A DNA stretch of 64,000 nt from Candidatus Omnitrophota bacterium (GCA_050250375.1 JBFWOS010000001.1:1022361-1086360), one strand, 5' to 3'. Counted from the first letter of the stretch, positions 9,907-18,561 are shown. Notes: generated by a model from the sequence alone, not told the origin. Numbers and translations: made by a program.

Positions 9907-10971
9907 TTATGGGGCGGAAGCGGTGTCTTCTCTGGAAACCGAATTGATATAGTCCGCCAAGTCATGCACGCGGACATACCAAAGCTTGCCTTTTTTATGC
10001 GCTTTCAGCTGGCCCCGGTTGATCAAATTGCGCAAATAGTCCTGAGAATAATCATAGACTCGTGCAAGCTCCCGCAGAGGCAATACCGCCTCTTGACTTA
10101 AATTGGTCAACCGTCCCTCTTTGAGGCGATTAACAGTTTCTTTCAGTAGTCCGGAGATCATTTCGACAAACGGCTCAAATTCCTCTTTTTTAATTAATTT
10201 GCTGACATCTGAAACGTTGACCGTCTTGCCTTTCTCAAGGGACTTATGAATATTTTCAAAACAATCGTCCGCCCTTTCAAGACAATCATAATATTGATCG
10301 CGCTCTTTTTTTGAGATCCCCTTGATGGCAACGTTGATCAATCCCTGCCCGATAAGAATATAAGACAGTAAAATACGTCCCACTCTTCCATTTCCATCAC
10401 GAAAGGGGTGGATTGTTTCAAACCATATATGGGTGGTAGCCGCAAGTATCACTTCATCAAAACTACGTTTCTTGAGCGACTCATTGAACCACTTGATAAA
10501 AAGCTGCATGGCCGGGCGGACATAATGGACGTCAACGGGCTCGAAACTCGCTTGAGCGACCTGAATATTGGTCTTGCGGAAATCCCCAATTTCACCGTTG
10601 TACGTTCCCATGGCTTTTTCATAGCGCATCAAAAGCGTGTGGATCTGTTTGATGTCCGCCATACGCAACTCAAACTCGTTCTCTTTAAGCTGGTTATTGG
10701 CGTATTCGTACATCGCGCTGGCCGCTTCAAAATAGCCCAAAATGGCTGCGGCTTTTTGTTTGTCCGTACGCTTGTTATTTTCCAGAACATCCATGAGATC
10801 CTGACGGTTAGCAAAAACACCCTCGATAGCGATAGAGTTACGGATTTCATCCTTAAACAGGGAATACCATTCCGCATTGGTTACGTTAATGAGATTTCCG
10901 AACCTTTCACGCAGTTGCTGGATTTGCTCTTTTAACCCTGCTTCATAATTTTTCCGAACTTTCCGAACCAT
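9907..10971 (-). CDS. Fic/Fido-domain protein (class II, intramolecular inhibitory motif) with C-terminal HTH
   Basis: Canonical Fic active-site motif HPFRDGNGRVGR. An N-terminal inhibitory-helix motif SIAIEG ([S/T]xxxE[G/N]) is present. A C-terminal helix-turn-helix-like segment is also present (LRELARVYDYSQDYLRNLINRGQLKAHKKGKLWYV). Confidence 0.85.
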   Translation of the reverse strand: MVRKVRKNYEAGLKEQIQQLRERFGNLINVTNAEWYSLFKDEIRNSIAIEGVFANRQDLMDVLENNKRTDKQKAAAILGYFEAASAMYEYANNQLKENEFELRMADIKQIHTLLMRYEKAMGTYNGEIGDFRKTNIQVAQASFEPVDVHYVRPAMQLFIKWFNESLKKRSFDEVILAATTHIWFETIHPFRDGNGRVGRILLSYILIGQGLINVAIKGISKKERDQYYDCLERADDCFENIHKSLEKGKTVNVSDVSKLIKKEEFEPFVEMISGLLKETVNRLKEGRLTNLSQEAVLPLRELARVYDYSQDYLRNLINRGQLKAHKKGKLWYVRVHDLADYINSVSREDTASAP

Positions 10972-11089
10972 AAATACCTCATTTTATATATAAAATTGTC
11001 CGAACCTTCACAGTTGGTTCGGAAATAAACATACCATGTTCTTGACTGGAAAGCAACAGATTTTCCGAACCATCCGCTTTGGTTCGGAA
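10952..11089. promoter_or_regulatory. Fic upstream region with two operator-like inverted repeats TCCGAACC-N9-GGTTCGGA plus two direct half-sites over the start codon
   Basis: IR1 lies at 10999..11023 and IR2 at 11063..11089, both with perfect 8-9 bp arms and centres ~65 bp apart. TTCCGAAC half-sites occur at 10952..10959 and 10961..10968, overlapping the Fic ATG. Confidence 0.45.
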
Positions 11090-11170
11090 AATCGTTTTTT
11101 CCTTAGGAAACAGCCATTATAGCTAGACTCGCTACCGCGCGTAATATCAGCACTTCATCAAGGCCTGAGA

Positions 11171-11206
11171 CAAATAAAAACCCATCCCCTAAAAAGGGGA
11201 TGGGTT
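11171..11206 (-). terminator. Rho-independent terminator downstream of tRNA-Met
   Basis: Perfect hairpin AACCCATCCCCT-AAAAA-AGGGGATGGGTT, followed on the minus strand by TTTTTATTTG. Confidence 0.8.
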
Positions 11207-11210
11207 CTTA

Positions 11211-11287
<77 letters not shown>

Positions 11288-11341
11288 ATATTGGGTTCTT
11301 TATTTCTGAATTAAATTTTTAGGTTACGTGGAACCCAATAT

Positions 11342-11385
11342 CGCGAGGCTCGCCTCTCAAATCAAACTTGAAACGGCGGCCCGCG
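11342..11385. repeat. 44-bp direct repeat, copy 1, upstream of tRNA-Met; possible tandem promoter P1
   Basis: CGCGAGGCTCGCCTCTCAAATCAAACTTGAAACGGCGGCCCGCG. On the minus strand it carries TTGATT-N17-GATATT (sigma70-like), ~55 nt upstream of the tRNA 5' end. Confidence 0.5.
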
Positions 11386-11418
11386 GCTTGAGCCCACTTC
11401 TAAAAAGATTCAGATAAA

Positions 11419-11462
11419 CGCGAGGCTCGCCCCTCAAATCAAACTTGAAACGGCGGCCCGCG
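11419..11462. repeat. 44-bp direct repeat, copy 2 (1 mismatch), 77 bp from copy 1
   Basis: CGCGAGGCTCGCCCCTCAAATCAAACTTGAAACGGCGGCCCGCG. Confidence 0.5.
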
Positions 11463-11544
11463 TTCTCACGGACTTCTTACAAAAACATCTATTTGAATAC
11501 AAAGAACAAATATTAACTTTAACCGCTTTCCGCTTAAATCTTCA

Positions 11545-11829
11545 CTACTGCTGCTCGTTAGCCACCACCGGAACCGGCGTGATGCGGTAGATCACTTCAC
11601 CGTCCCGGATGATGCCCATTTTTTCCCGGGCAACCTTCTCTAAATAAACGGGATCATCTTCCAGCTTGCGTTTTTCCTCTGTCAGTTCGGCGTTCTGGCG
11701 TTTCAGTTCGTAAATTTCCCTGAGGTATTCCCGGTTCTTCTCCTGAAGCATCTGCTTTTGGGAAAAGGTCGGCAGAAACAGCAACAAAATACCAATGGCA
11801 ACGGCAAATAACAAAAGAGATTTTTTCAT
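11545..11829 (-). CDS. ftsB: Cell division protein FtsB/DivIC (septum formation initiator)
   Basis: 94 aa with an N-terminal TM, a coiled coil (ELKRQNAELTEEKRKLEDDPVYLEKVAREKMGII), and the conserved eno-ftsB synteny. Confidence 0.78.
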   Translation of the reverse strand: MKKSLLLFAVAIGILLLFLPTFSQKQMLQEKNREYLREIYELKRQNAELTEEKRKLEDDPVYLEKVAREKMGIIRDGEVIYRITPVPVVANEQQ

Positions 11830-11890
11830 AACAGCGTCTGGTGTCCGGCGGAAAATATTTTTCTGTTCACTTCGCGCCTACCGCTAAAAT

Positions 11891-13162
11891 CTAATAAATC
11901 TTTCCCCACTTTGATCCAGCATAGACAGCCTTTTTGCCAAGCTCTTCTTCAATCCGCAGGAGTTCATTATATTTACACAAACGGTCCGTCCTTGACAAAG
12001 AACCGGTCTTGATCTGGCCGACTCCCGTGGCCACTGCGATATGCGCGATGGTTGTGTCTTCGGTTTCACCGGACCGGTGAGAAATGATTGAAGTGTACTT
12101 ATTATCCTTGGCCAGGCTGATCGCGTCAAGTGTTTCTGACAATGACCCGATCTGGTTGACCTTGATCAGGATTGAATTCGCCGCCTTTTCGTCGATGCCT
12201 TTCTTGAGCCGCTTGACGTTGGTAACAAAAAAATCGTCGCCGACCAGCTGGACACTGCCGCCGATCTTTTTGGTCATCGCCTTCCAGCCGTCCCAGTCAT
12301 TTTCGTCGAGGCCGTCTTCAATCGAAATCAGCGGCGATGTCTTGAGCATCTTGGCGTATACATCAATCATCTCGGCAACGGACAGTTTCTTTCCGTTGTA
12401 ACCGTATTTTTTATCTTTATAAAATTCACTGGAGGCCGCGTCAAGCGCGATGCAGATATCTTTTTTCGGTTTATAACCGGCTTTCTCGACCGCTTCAAGG
12501 ATAACCGCGATCCCTTCCTCATTGCTCTTTAGATTTGGAGCGAAACCGCCTTCATCCCCGACAGAGGTGGATAACTTGCGGTCATGCAGAATTTTCTTTA
12601 AGGTGTGAAAGACTTCACAGGCCATACGGATAGCTTCGGAAAACGTCTTCGCGCCGACCGGAGCGATCATGAATTCCTGGACATCCAGATTGTTGTCCGC
12701 GTGCGCACCGCCGTTGATAATATTCATTAACGGGACCGGAAGGATATTGGCTTCTTTTCCGCCTAGAAACTTATAAAGCGGTTTGCCTTCTTCTTTGGCC
12801 GCGGCCTGGGCCACCGCCATGGACACGCCTAAAATCGCGTTGGCGCCCAGTTTGCCCTTATTTTCCGTGCCGTCCAGTTTGATCAGTTTTTTATCAATCT
12901 TTTTAAAATCCGGTTCAAGACCAACCACCATATCCGCGATGGCCTTGTTGACATTGGCGACCGCTTTGGAAACGCCTTTGCCCATATATTTTGTTTTGTC
13001 GCCATCCCGTAATTCAATCGCCTCATGCTCACCGGTCGAAGCGCCGGATGGAACAGCCGCACGGCCCATCACCCCTGATTTGAGGATAACATCAACCTCA
13101 ACCGTCGGGTTCCCGCGGGAATCGATGATCTGCCGGCCTTTGATTTTCACTATTTTTGACAT
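11891..13162 (-). CDS. eno: Enolase (phosphopyruvate hydratase)
   Basis: [25 protein letters not shown]..., with catalytic and metal-binding motifs conserved throughout. Start set at 13162 with SD AGGAAACAGG. The 18-codon N-terminal extension is rejected. Confidence 0.96.
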   Translation of the reverse strand: MSKIVKIKGRQIIDSRGNPTVEVDVILKSGVMGRAAVPSGASTGEHEAIELRDGDKTKYMGKGVSKAVANVNKAIADMVVGLEPDFKKIDKKLIKLDGTENKGKLGANAILGVSMAVAQAAAKEEGKPLYKFLGGKEANILPVPLMNIINGGAHADNNLDVQEFMIAPVGAKTFSEAIRMACEVFHTLKKILHDRKLSTSVGDEGGFAPNLKSNEEGIAVILEAVEKAGYKPKKDICIALDAASSEFYKDKKYGYNGKKLSVAEMIDVYAKMLKTSPLISIEDGLDENDWDGWKAMTKKIGGSVQLVGDDFFVTNVKRLKKGIDEKAANSILIKVNQIGSLSETLDAISLAKDNKYTSIISHRSGETEDTTIAHIAVATGVGQIKTGSLSRTDRLCKYNELLRIEEELGKKAVYAGSKWGKIY

Positions 13163-13381
13163 AACCTGTTTCCTTATAATTGATTTAATTCCTGAAATAA
13201 ATCGTTTAGAACGCACAATCTATCATAGTTCCAAAACAAAGTCAAGCCCCTGCTGGATGATCCATGTTATTATGTCAAATAAATATAGATGAAAAGCAAT
13301 CGCAAGCTTTACAGGTGAAAATCATTTAATATATGATATACTTAGTTTGTTTAATATTAATAAAAAGATGAGGAGCGACCC

Positions 13382-16300
13382 TTGATCAATAAAATCATCA
13401 AATTCTTTAAAATCTATTGGATCAACCTTCTTTTATCTATTTGCATCATTAGTGTTGTAATTGGCATTGCCGTGTTTACCTGGTTTTGTATCGAAGGATT
13501 TTCCCATATGGAAGGCTTCAGCAAACGACAGGCCGCCGGGCAGATGGCCTTGCTGCTGCCGATGTTCATTATTGTGCATCTCGTTACTTTGCCGATCATG
13601 CTGGGTGCCCAATTCTTTATGCTTCATGGCGGCGGACTGGCTAAAATCCTGGGCGGTTCAGAATCCAGTAAATCCAAATCAAAAGTTCATTGGGATGAAG
13701 TCATCGGCATGGAAATGGCCAAACAGGATTCCTGGGAGATCGTTGAATTTTTAAGGAATAAAAAGAAACTCGCGGTGATCGGCGGGACAAACATGAAAGG
13801 GGCCTTGATGTTCGGCCCTCCGGGATGCGGAAAGACTTATCTGGCCAAGGCCATCGCGACCGAATCCCATTTACCGTTTCTCTCTACTGTCGGCTCAGAA
13901 TTTGTCACCATGCTCCAGGGGATGGGCGCCATGCGTATGAAATCAATGTTTAAAAAAGCCCGTAAACTGGCCAAGGTCGAGGGCGGCTGTATTATTTTTA
14001 TAGACGAAATTGACTCCTTTGCGCGTCCGCGTTCCGAGATTGAAACCGGCGGCGGAGCCACCACCAGTAATAACGCCACCATTAATCAATTTTTGACTGA
14101 GCTGGACGGCATGAAGAAAAAAGATGATAATATTTTTGTCCTGGCTGCCACCAATGTCGATGAATCGAAACTGGATCCGGCCGTTGTTCGTTCCGGACGG
14201 TTCGACCGGAAAATTCATATCGACAAACCCACCACCAGGGAACGCAAGGCCTTATTAAAATTTTATCTGGCAAAAGTTACTTATGATCAGAAAATTAACG
14301 TCGATGAAATCGCCGAACGTCTTCACGGATTTACACCTGCCGATGTTAACAGCCTGATTAAAGAAGCCGGCGCTATCGCTTTACGCAGCAACGCCAACCT
14401 TATAGAAACAAATCATTTTGAAAATGCTATTTCGCGCATGATGACGTCCAAAGAAAAGTCGCGCAGCAGTTCAACAATACAGCCCAAAGGCAAAGTGCGC
14501 TTCGACGATATAATCGGCATTGAAGAAGCAAAACAGCATGCCAAAGAGCTGGTCAATACGCTTAAAGACCGTCACCTGATGGAAAAAATTGGTGATAAAG
14601 CAACCCGCTGTTCCCTTCTTTTAGGACCATCCGGCTCAGGTAAGTCTTATTTGGCCAAGGCCATCGCGACAGAGGCCGATGTTCCGTTTTTAACTGTCAT
14701 GGGCAGTGAATTTATTGACCAGTTTATGAACCAGGGCCCGATAAAGATGCGTGAATTTTTCTCCGAGGCCCGTATGCTCGCTAAAGCTGAAGATGCCTGC
14801 CTGGTTTTTATTGATGAAATTGATGCCTTCGCCCGGAATCGGGAAAAAATGTTCGGTTATATGCAGAACCCTACGCTCGACCAATTTATCAGGGAATTGG
14901 ATGATCTGCGCCACAACAACATTAATATCATCGTTCTGGCGGCGACCAACCTAGCAGAAGAAGACTTAGACCAGGCGATATTAAAAATCGGCCGTTTTGA
15001 TCATAAAATTATCCTTGAATTACCGCGGGCCAAACAAAGAGAAGAAATTCTGCAGTACTTTTTGAAAAAAGAAAAGAAGACCGACGATATCGATTTAAAA
15101 TTATTGGCCAATAAAACACCCTCCTTTTCTCCGGCGGACTTAGAAAGCATGGTCAAAACCGCCAGTTTAAGTGCCTTACGGAATAAACGGGAAATGATCC
15201 ACATGTCGGACTTAAATTCGGCTTTAGTCGAGATTCAGGAAGATGTCAATAAACGCGGCGACATCAGCATGGCCAATACCAAGGTCAACATCCCCTGGAA
15301 TGAGGTCATCGGGATGGATGAAACCAAAAAGAACGCCTGGGAAATCGTTGAACTCTTAAAAGACCGCCGCAAACTTAAAGTGGTCGGCGGTAAGATTATC
15401 AAAGGGCTTCTGATGATTGGCCCTCCGGGTTGCGGTAAAACTTATCTGGCCAAGGCCATCGCGACAGAAGCTGGTTATCCATTTCTCAGCGTCGTCGGCA
15501 GTGAATTTGTGGACAAGTACGTCGGTGAAGGCGCCCGTAAGATCCGCGACCTCTTTGCTGCGGCACGCAGTCTGGCCAAAGCGGAAGGCGGATGCATTGT
15601 CTTTATTGATGAAATCGACGCCTTTATCAAACCGCGCACCAATGAGATGAACGGGAATACGAATTCGGAAAATGCCACGATTAACCAGTTTCTTGCCGAA
15701 CTCGACGGACTTGGACGGGCCGAAGACGGAAACGTCATCATCCTGGCCGCGACGAATATGCCTCCGGAAAGCCTGGACCCGGCGGTCATGCGTTCGGGAC
15801 GATTTGACAGAAAACTGGAAATTGTCAAACCGTCAGCCAAGGACCGTGAAGAACTCCTTAATTTTTATTTAACTAAAGTCGAAACAGACGGCGCGATCGA
15901 TGTAAAACTTTTATCTGAAAAGACAAAATGGTTTTCCGCCGCCGATATTAATAACATGGTCCGCGAGGCCGGAATCTTTGCCTTGCGTGAAAATAGAGAA
16001 AAGTTGTCCATGGATGACCTTAATAAAGGGATGAAACGGGTCATGGATTCGATCGAGAATATGGGAGAAGACAAAATCCTCGGAGACAAGGTAAATGTCA
16101 AATGGGAAGAAGTCATCGGTATGCCTGACGCCAAAGAAGAAGCGTTGGAAATCGTTAAAATGCTGAAAGACCGCAATATTGTTAAAGCCATCGGCGGCAA
16201 GATCGTCAAAGGGGTTGTTCTCTTCGGACCTCCGGGATGCGGAAAAACATATCTCGCCAAAGCCATGGCCACCGAGGCGGGCTTCCCTTTTATCTCTAAA

Positions 16301-17482
16301 GTCGGCAGCGAATTTGTCACGATGTGGGTCGGCGAAGGCGGAAAAAAGATGCGGGATATGTTCAAAGAAGCCCGCGCCTTGGCAAAAACTGAAGGCGGGT
16401 GTATCATCTTCATCGATGAAATAGATGCCTTTGCCAGACCCCGCGGATCCAACCAAAACAGCAGCAGCAACTCGGAAAACGCCACGATCAACCAATTCCT
16501 CACAGAAATGGATGGATTGAAAAACGAAAGCAACAATATCATGATCCTGGCGGCAACCAACGCGCGTGAGAACCAAATCGACCCTGCGGTTATGCGCGCA
16601 GGCCGCATTGAACGCAAAATTTACATCTCCCTGCCGACCCTGGAAGAACGTAAAGAACTGTTCAAGTTCTATTTCAGCCGGGTCAGCATCGCGGACGATG
16701 TAAGCCCGGACCGCTGGGCCCGTATCGCGGTGGGCACTTCTCCGTCGGACATCGACAGCATCGTGCGTGAAGGCGGTCTATTAGCGTTACGCGGCAAACG
16801 AGAATCAATTACCCACAAAGACTTAATGGAAGGTTATGATCGAATCACATTAGGCTCAGTGTCCCGGGAGAAATACAACAAGAAATCAATTATGAAAACA
16901 GCTTATCACGAATCCGGTCATGCAATTCTAACTTACCTTGTTCATCCTTCGAGTGAGGTGATCAAGGCTACGATTAAACCCCGCAAGGGTTCACTGGGCA
17001 TGATTCAAAACCGTCCGATTGAAGAACTCGCGCTGAATTCACCGAACAAAGAACAGTGGCTTTCCGAAATACAAATAATGCTGGCCGGGTACGTCGCCGA
17101 GAAACTCACCTTCGGCACAACCGCCTCCGGAGTTGGCGGCGGGCCGGGCAGTGATTTTCATCGGGCCATGAGCGTGGCCAATTATATGGTCCGCAGCCTT
17201 GGTATGGGGGCTTCCGGGCTGATCGGTGACTTTACCGCCATGGAAGAAGATGCTCTATCGGAAAGGACCAAAGTAATTCTCGAAAACGATGTCCAGGACA
17301 TCCTCCAGAGCTGTTTGAAAAAAACCACCGAAATCCTGACCGAATATAAGGCCGTCCTCGAATATTTTGCGCAGGAATTAATGGAAAAGGGCGATCTGGA
17401 ATATGATGACGTCCAGGACATCTTTAATAAATTTAAACTAAAGCCGGCCGCCGTCCGCCCTTCGACCATTGAGGAAGTTTAA
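13382..17482 (+). CDS. FtsH-like membrane AAA+ metalloprotease with four tandem AAA+ modules and one M41 peptidase domain
   Basis: TTG start with SD GAGGAG 7 nt upstream. Two TM helices at aa ~14-38 and ~55-80 with no periplasmic domain between them. Four FtsH-type units, each with an xxW/F[DE][DE]V/IIGM motif, Walker A, Walker B and SRH:
- aa ~102-370: Walker A GPPGCGKT.
- aa ~372-635: Walker A GPSGSGKS.
- aa ~637-905: Walker A GPPGCGKT.
- aa ~906-1160: Walker A GPPGCGKT.
Walker B is FIDEID in all four. The C-terminal M41 domain has HESGH zinc-binding, a downstream AGYVAEK, and a GSDFHRAMSVANYMV motif aligning to FtsH. Confidence 0.9.
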   Translation: MINKIIKFFKIYWINLLLSICIISVVIGIAVFTWFCIEGFSHMEGFSKRQAAGQMALLLPMFIIVHLVTLPIMLGAQFFMLHGGGLAKILGGSESSKSKSKVHWDEVIGMEMAKQDSWEIVEFLRNKKKLAVIGGTNMKGALMFGPPGCGKTYLAKAIATESHLPFLSTVGSEFVTMLQGMGAMRMKSMFKKARKLAKVEGGCIIFIDEIDSFARPRSEIETGGGATTSNNATINQFLTELDGMKKKDDNIFVLAATNVDESKLDPAVVRSGRFDRKIHIDKPTTRERKALLKFYLAKVTYDQKINVDEIAERLHGFTPADVNSLIKEAGAIALRSNANLIETNHFENAISRMMTSKEKSRSSSTIQPKGKVRFDDIIGIEEAKQHAKELVNTLKDRHLMEKIGDKATRCSLLLGPSGSGKSYLAKAIATEADVPFLTVMGSEFIDQFMNQGPIKMREFFSEARMLAKAEDACLVFIDEIDAFARNREKMFGYMQNPTLDQFIRELDDLRHNNINIIVLAATNLAEEDLDQAILKIGRFDHKIILELPRAKQREEILQYFLKKEKKTDDIDLKLLANKTPSFSPADLESMVKTASLSALRNKREMIHMSDLNSALVEIQEDVNKRGDISMANTKVNIPWNEVIGMDETKKNAWEIVELLKDRRKLKVVGGKIIKGLLMIGPPGCGKTYLAKAIATEAGYPFLSVVGSEFVDKYVGEGARKIRDLFAAARSLAKAEGGCIVFIDEIDAFIKPRTNEMNGNTNSENATINQFLAELDGLGRAEDGNVIILAATNMPPESLDPAVMRSGRFDRKLEIVKPSAKDREELLNFYLTKVETDGAIDVKLLSEKTKWFSAADINNMVREAGIFALRENREKLSMDDLNKGMKRVMDSIENMGEDKILGDKVNVKWEEVIGMPDAKEEALEIVKMLKDRNIVKAIGGKIVKGVVLFGPPGCGKTYLAKAMATEAGFPFISKVGSEFVTMWVGEGGKKMRDMFKEARALAKTEGGCIIFIDEIDAFARPRGSNQNSSSNSENATINQFLTEMDGLKNESNNIMILAATNARENQIDPAVMRAGRIERKIYISLPTLEERKELFKFYFSRVSIADDVSPDRWARIAVGTSPSDIDSIVREGGLLALRGKRESITHKDLMEGYDRITLGSVSREKYNKKSIMKTAYHESGHAILTYLVHPSSEVIKATIKPRKGSLGMIQNRPIEELALNSPNKEQWLSEIQIMLAGYVAEKLTFGTTASGVGGGPGSDFHRAMSVANYMVRSLGMGASGLIGDFTAMEEDALSERTKVILENDVQDILQSCLKKTTEILTEYKAVLEYFAQELMEKGDLEYDDVQDIFNKFKLKPAAVRPSTIEEV

Positions 17483-18561
17483 TGCCCCGGAAAATTCACG
17501 CATTATTCCTCATTGTCAGTCTAGGGAGTGTATTGTATATATCCGGATGCGCGAAAAAAGAAACTGTTGTTGAAGCCCCTACAACACCCGCTCATACCAA
17601 ACTCAGCGAACTCCTCGAAAAGGAATTCAAAATTCACGCCATTACCCGGGCTTTACCAAACACCCTTTGGATTTATATCCCGCTGGAAAAAACATTTTTT
17701 GAAGTTTCTTCCACTGACAAAGGACCGCAAAAGTCGTCCAACGCAACAAAGAGTTTAAACCTGCTTTATCTGGACGGTCAATTTGACGGAAAATACTTTA
17801 ATATAGAGTATGATGTCGGGGAATCAAAGAATTATTCCGATGATAAGGGCATCCAATCCAAGTACTCGGAGGAGTACAGCCGGATCAGCCGCACAATCCC
17901 GACGGCCATCCATACGGCCTATTCGGATATTGAACGCAAGGTCGGCAGCCATGACTACATCGAAAAAATTGCAGGCGACATCGACTTTCAGGATGAGCAC
18001 AAAAACACGACCCATAAGGCCCTGGTTCAATCCAATGTCCTGCAGGAACAAAAGGTTCCTGATTTCTTTGTCGTGGTTATCGCCGATATCGAAAAAGGCA
18101 TCGAATCCCGCTCATTGTTTTATTTACAGGATCTCCGCCGGGCCCACGTTGACCCGAACTTTATGGAAGAGTATGCCAAACGGGTCATCACCGATCAGCC
18201 CATCGGTCATTCGGTCATTATTGGCGATAAAACCGGCCAGTATGTTGACTATCATGATGTGACCTGGAATGAATTTCTGATGAAACAAATCCTAAACCGG
18301 ATCCGATTTCAATATCAGATGAGTTCCCATAAACCTGAATCCGGCGATTTCGATATTCTAAAGGACCTGGCCAATCAGGTCCTTCGGGCATACCCTCACC
18401 GGGATTATCAGGGCGTGAATTTTCTCAACCTTGAAACCAAAAAAGAATCCAGACTAAATGCGGATGCAATTGATGCCTATCAAGATTTTGACAGCAAAGA
18501 TCCAGGACGGATTCGTAATATCAAAGTAAATCTGGACGCCCCGGCCGAAAACGGCATTTAA
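17482..18561 (+). CDS. Lipoprotein of unknown function, translationally coupled to the tetra-AAA FtsH
   Basis: The ATG overlaps the upstream TAA (TAATG). Signal peptide with lipobox ISGC (MPRKIHALFLIVSLGSVLYISGC). 359 aa with no recognisable catalytic motif. Confidence 0.6.
   Translation: MPRKIHALFLIVSLGSVLYISGCAKKETVVEAPTTPAHTKLSELLEKEFKIHAITRALPNTLWIYIPLEKTFFEVSSTDKGPQKSSNATKSLNLLYLDGQFDGKYFNIEYDVGESKNYSDDKGIQSKYSEEYSRISRTIPTAIHTAYSDIERKVGSHDYIEKIAGDIDFQDEHKNTTHKALVQSNVLQEQKVPDFFVVVIADIEKGIESRSLFYLQDLRRAHVDPNFMEEYAKRVITDQPIGHSVIIGDKTGQYVDYHDVTWNEFLMKQILNRIRFQYQMSSHKPESGDFDILKDLANQVLRAYPHRDYQGVNFLNLETKKESRLNADAIDAYQDFDSKDPGRIRNIKVNLDAPAENGI

Noticed and set aside
9678-10101. 99-aa and 83-aa ORFs in the Fic 3' region
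   Set aside because: They overlap the hairpin cluster and the Fic gene. Their Pro/Arg/Gly-rich translations are characteristic of GC-rich palindromic DNA, not coding sequence.
11342-11462. Possible CRISPR array
   Set aside because: There are only two repeat copies, separated by a single 33-bp spacer-like segment. There are no cas genes, and promoter-like -35/-10 elements lie inside the repeats. Tandem promoter duplication is the better fit.
13382-17482. Tetra-AAA gene as a repeat-expansion misassembly
   Set aside because: The four modules are substantially diverged at the protein level (different Walker A in module 2, different pore loops and SRH substitutions), and the reading frame is continuous. 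An assembly artefact would give near-identical copies. Still flagged for read-level verification.
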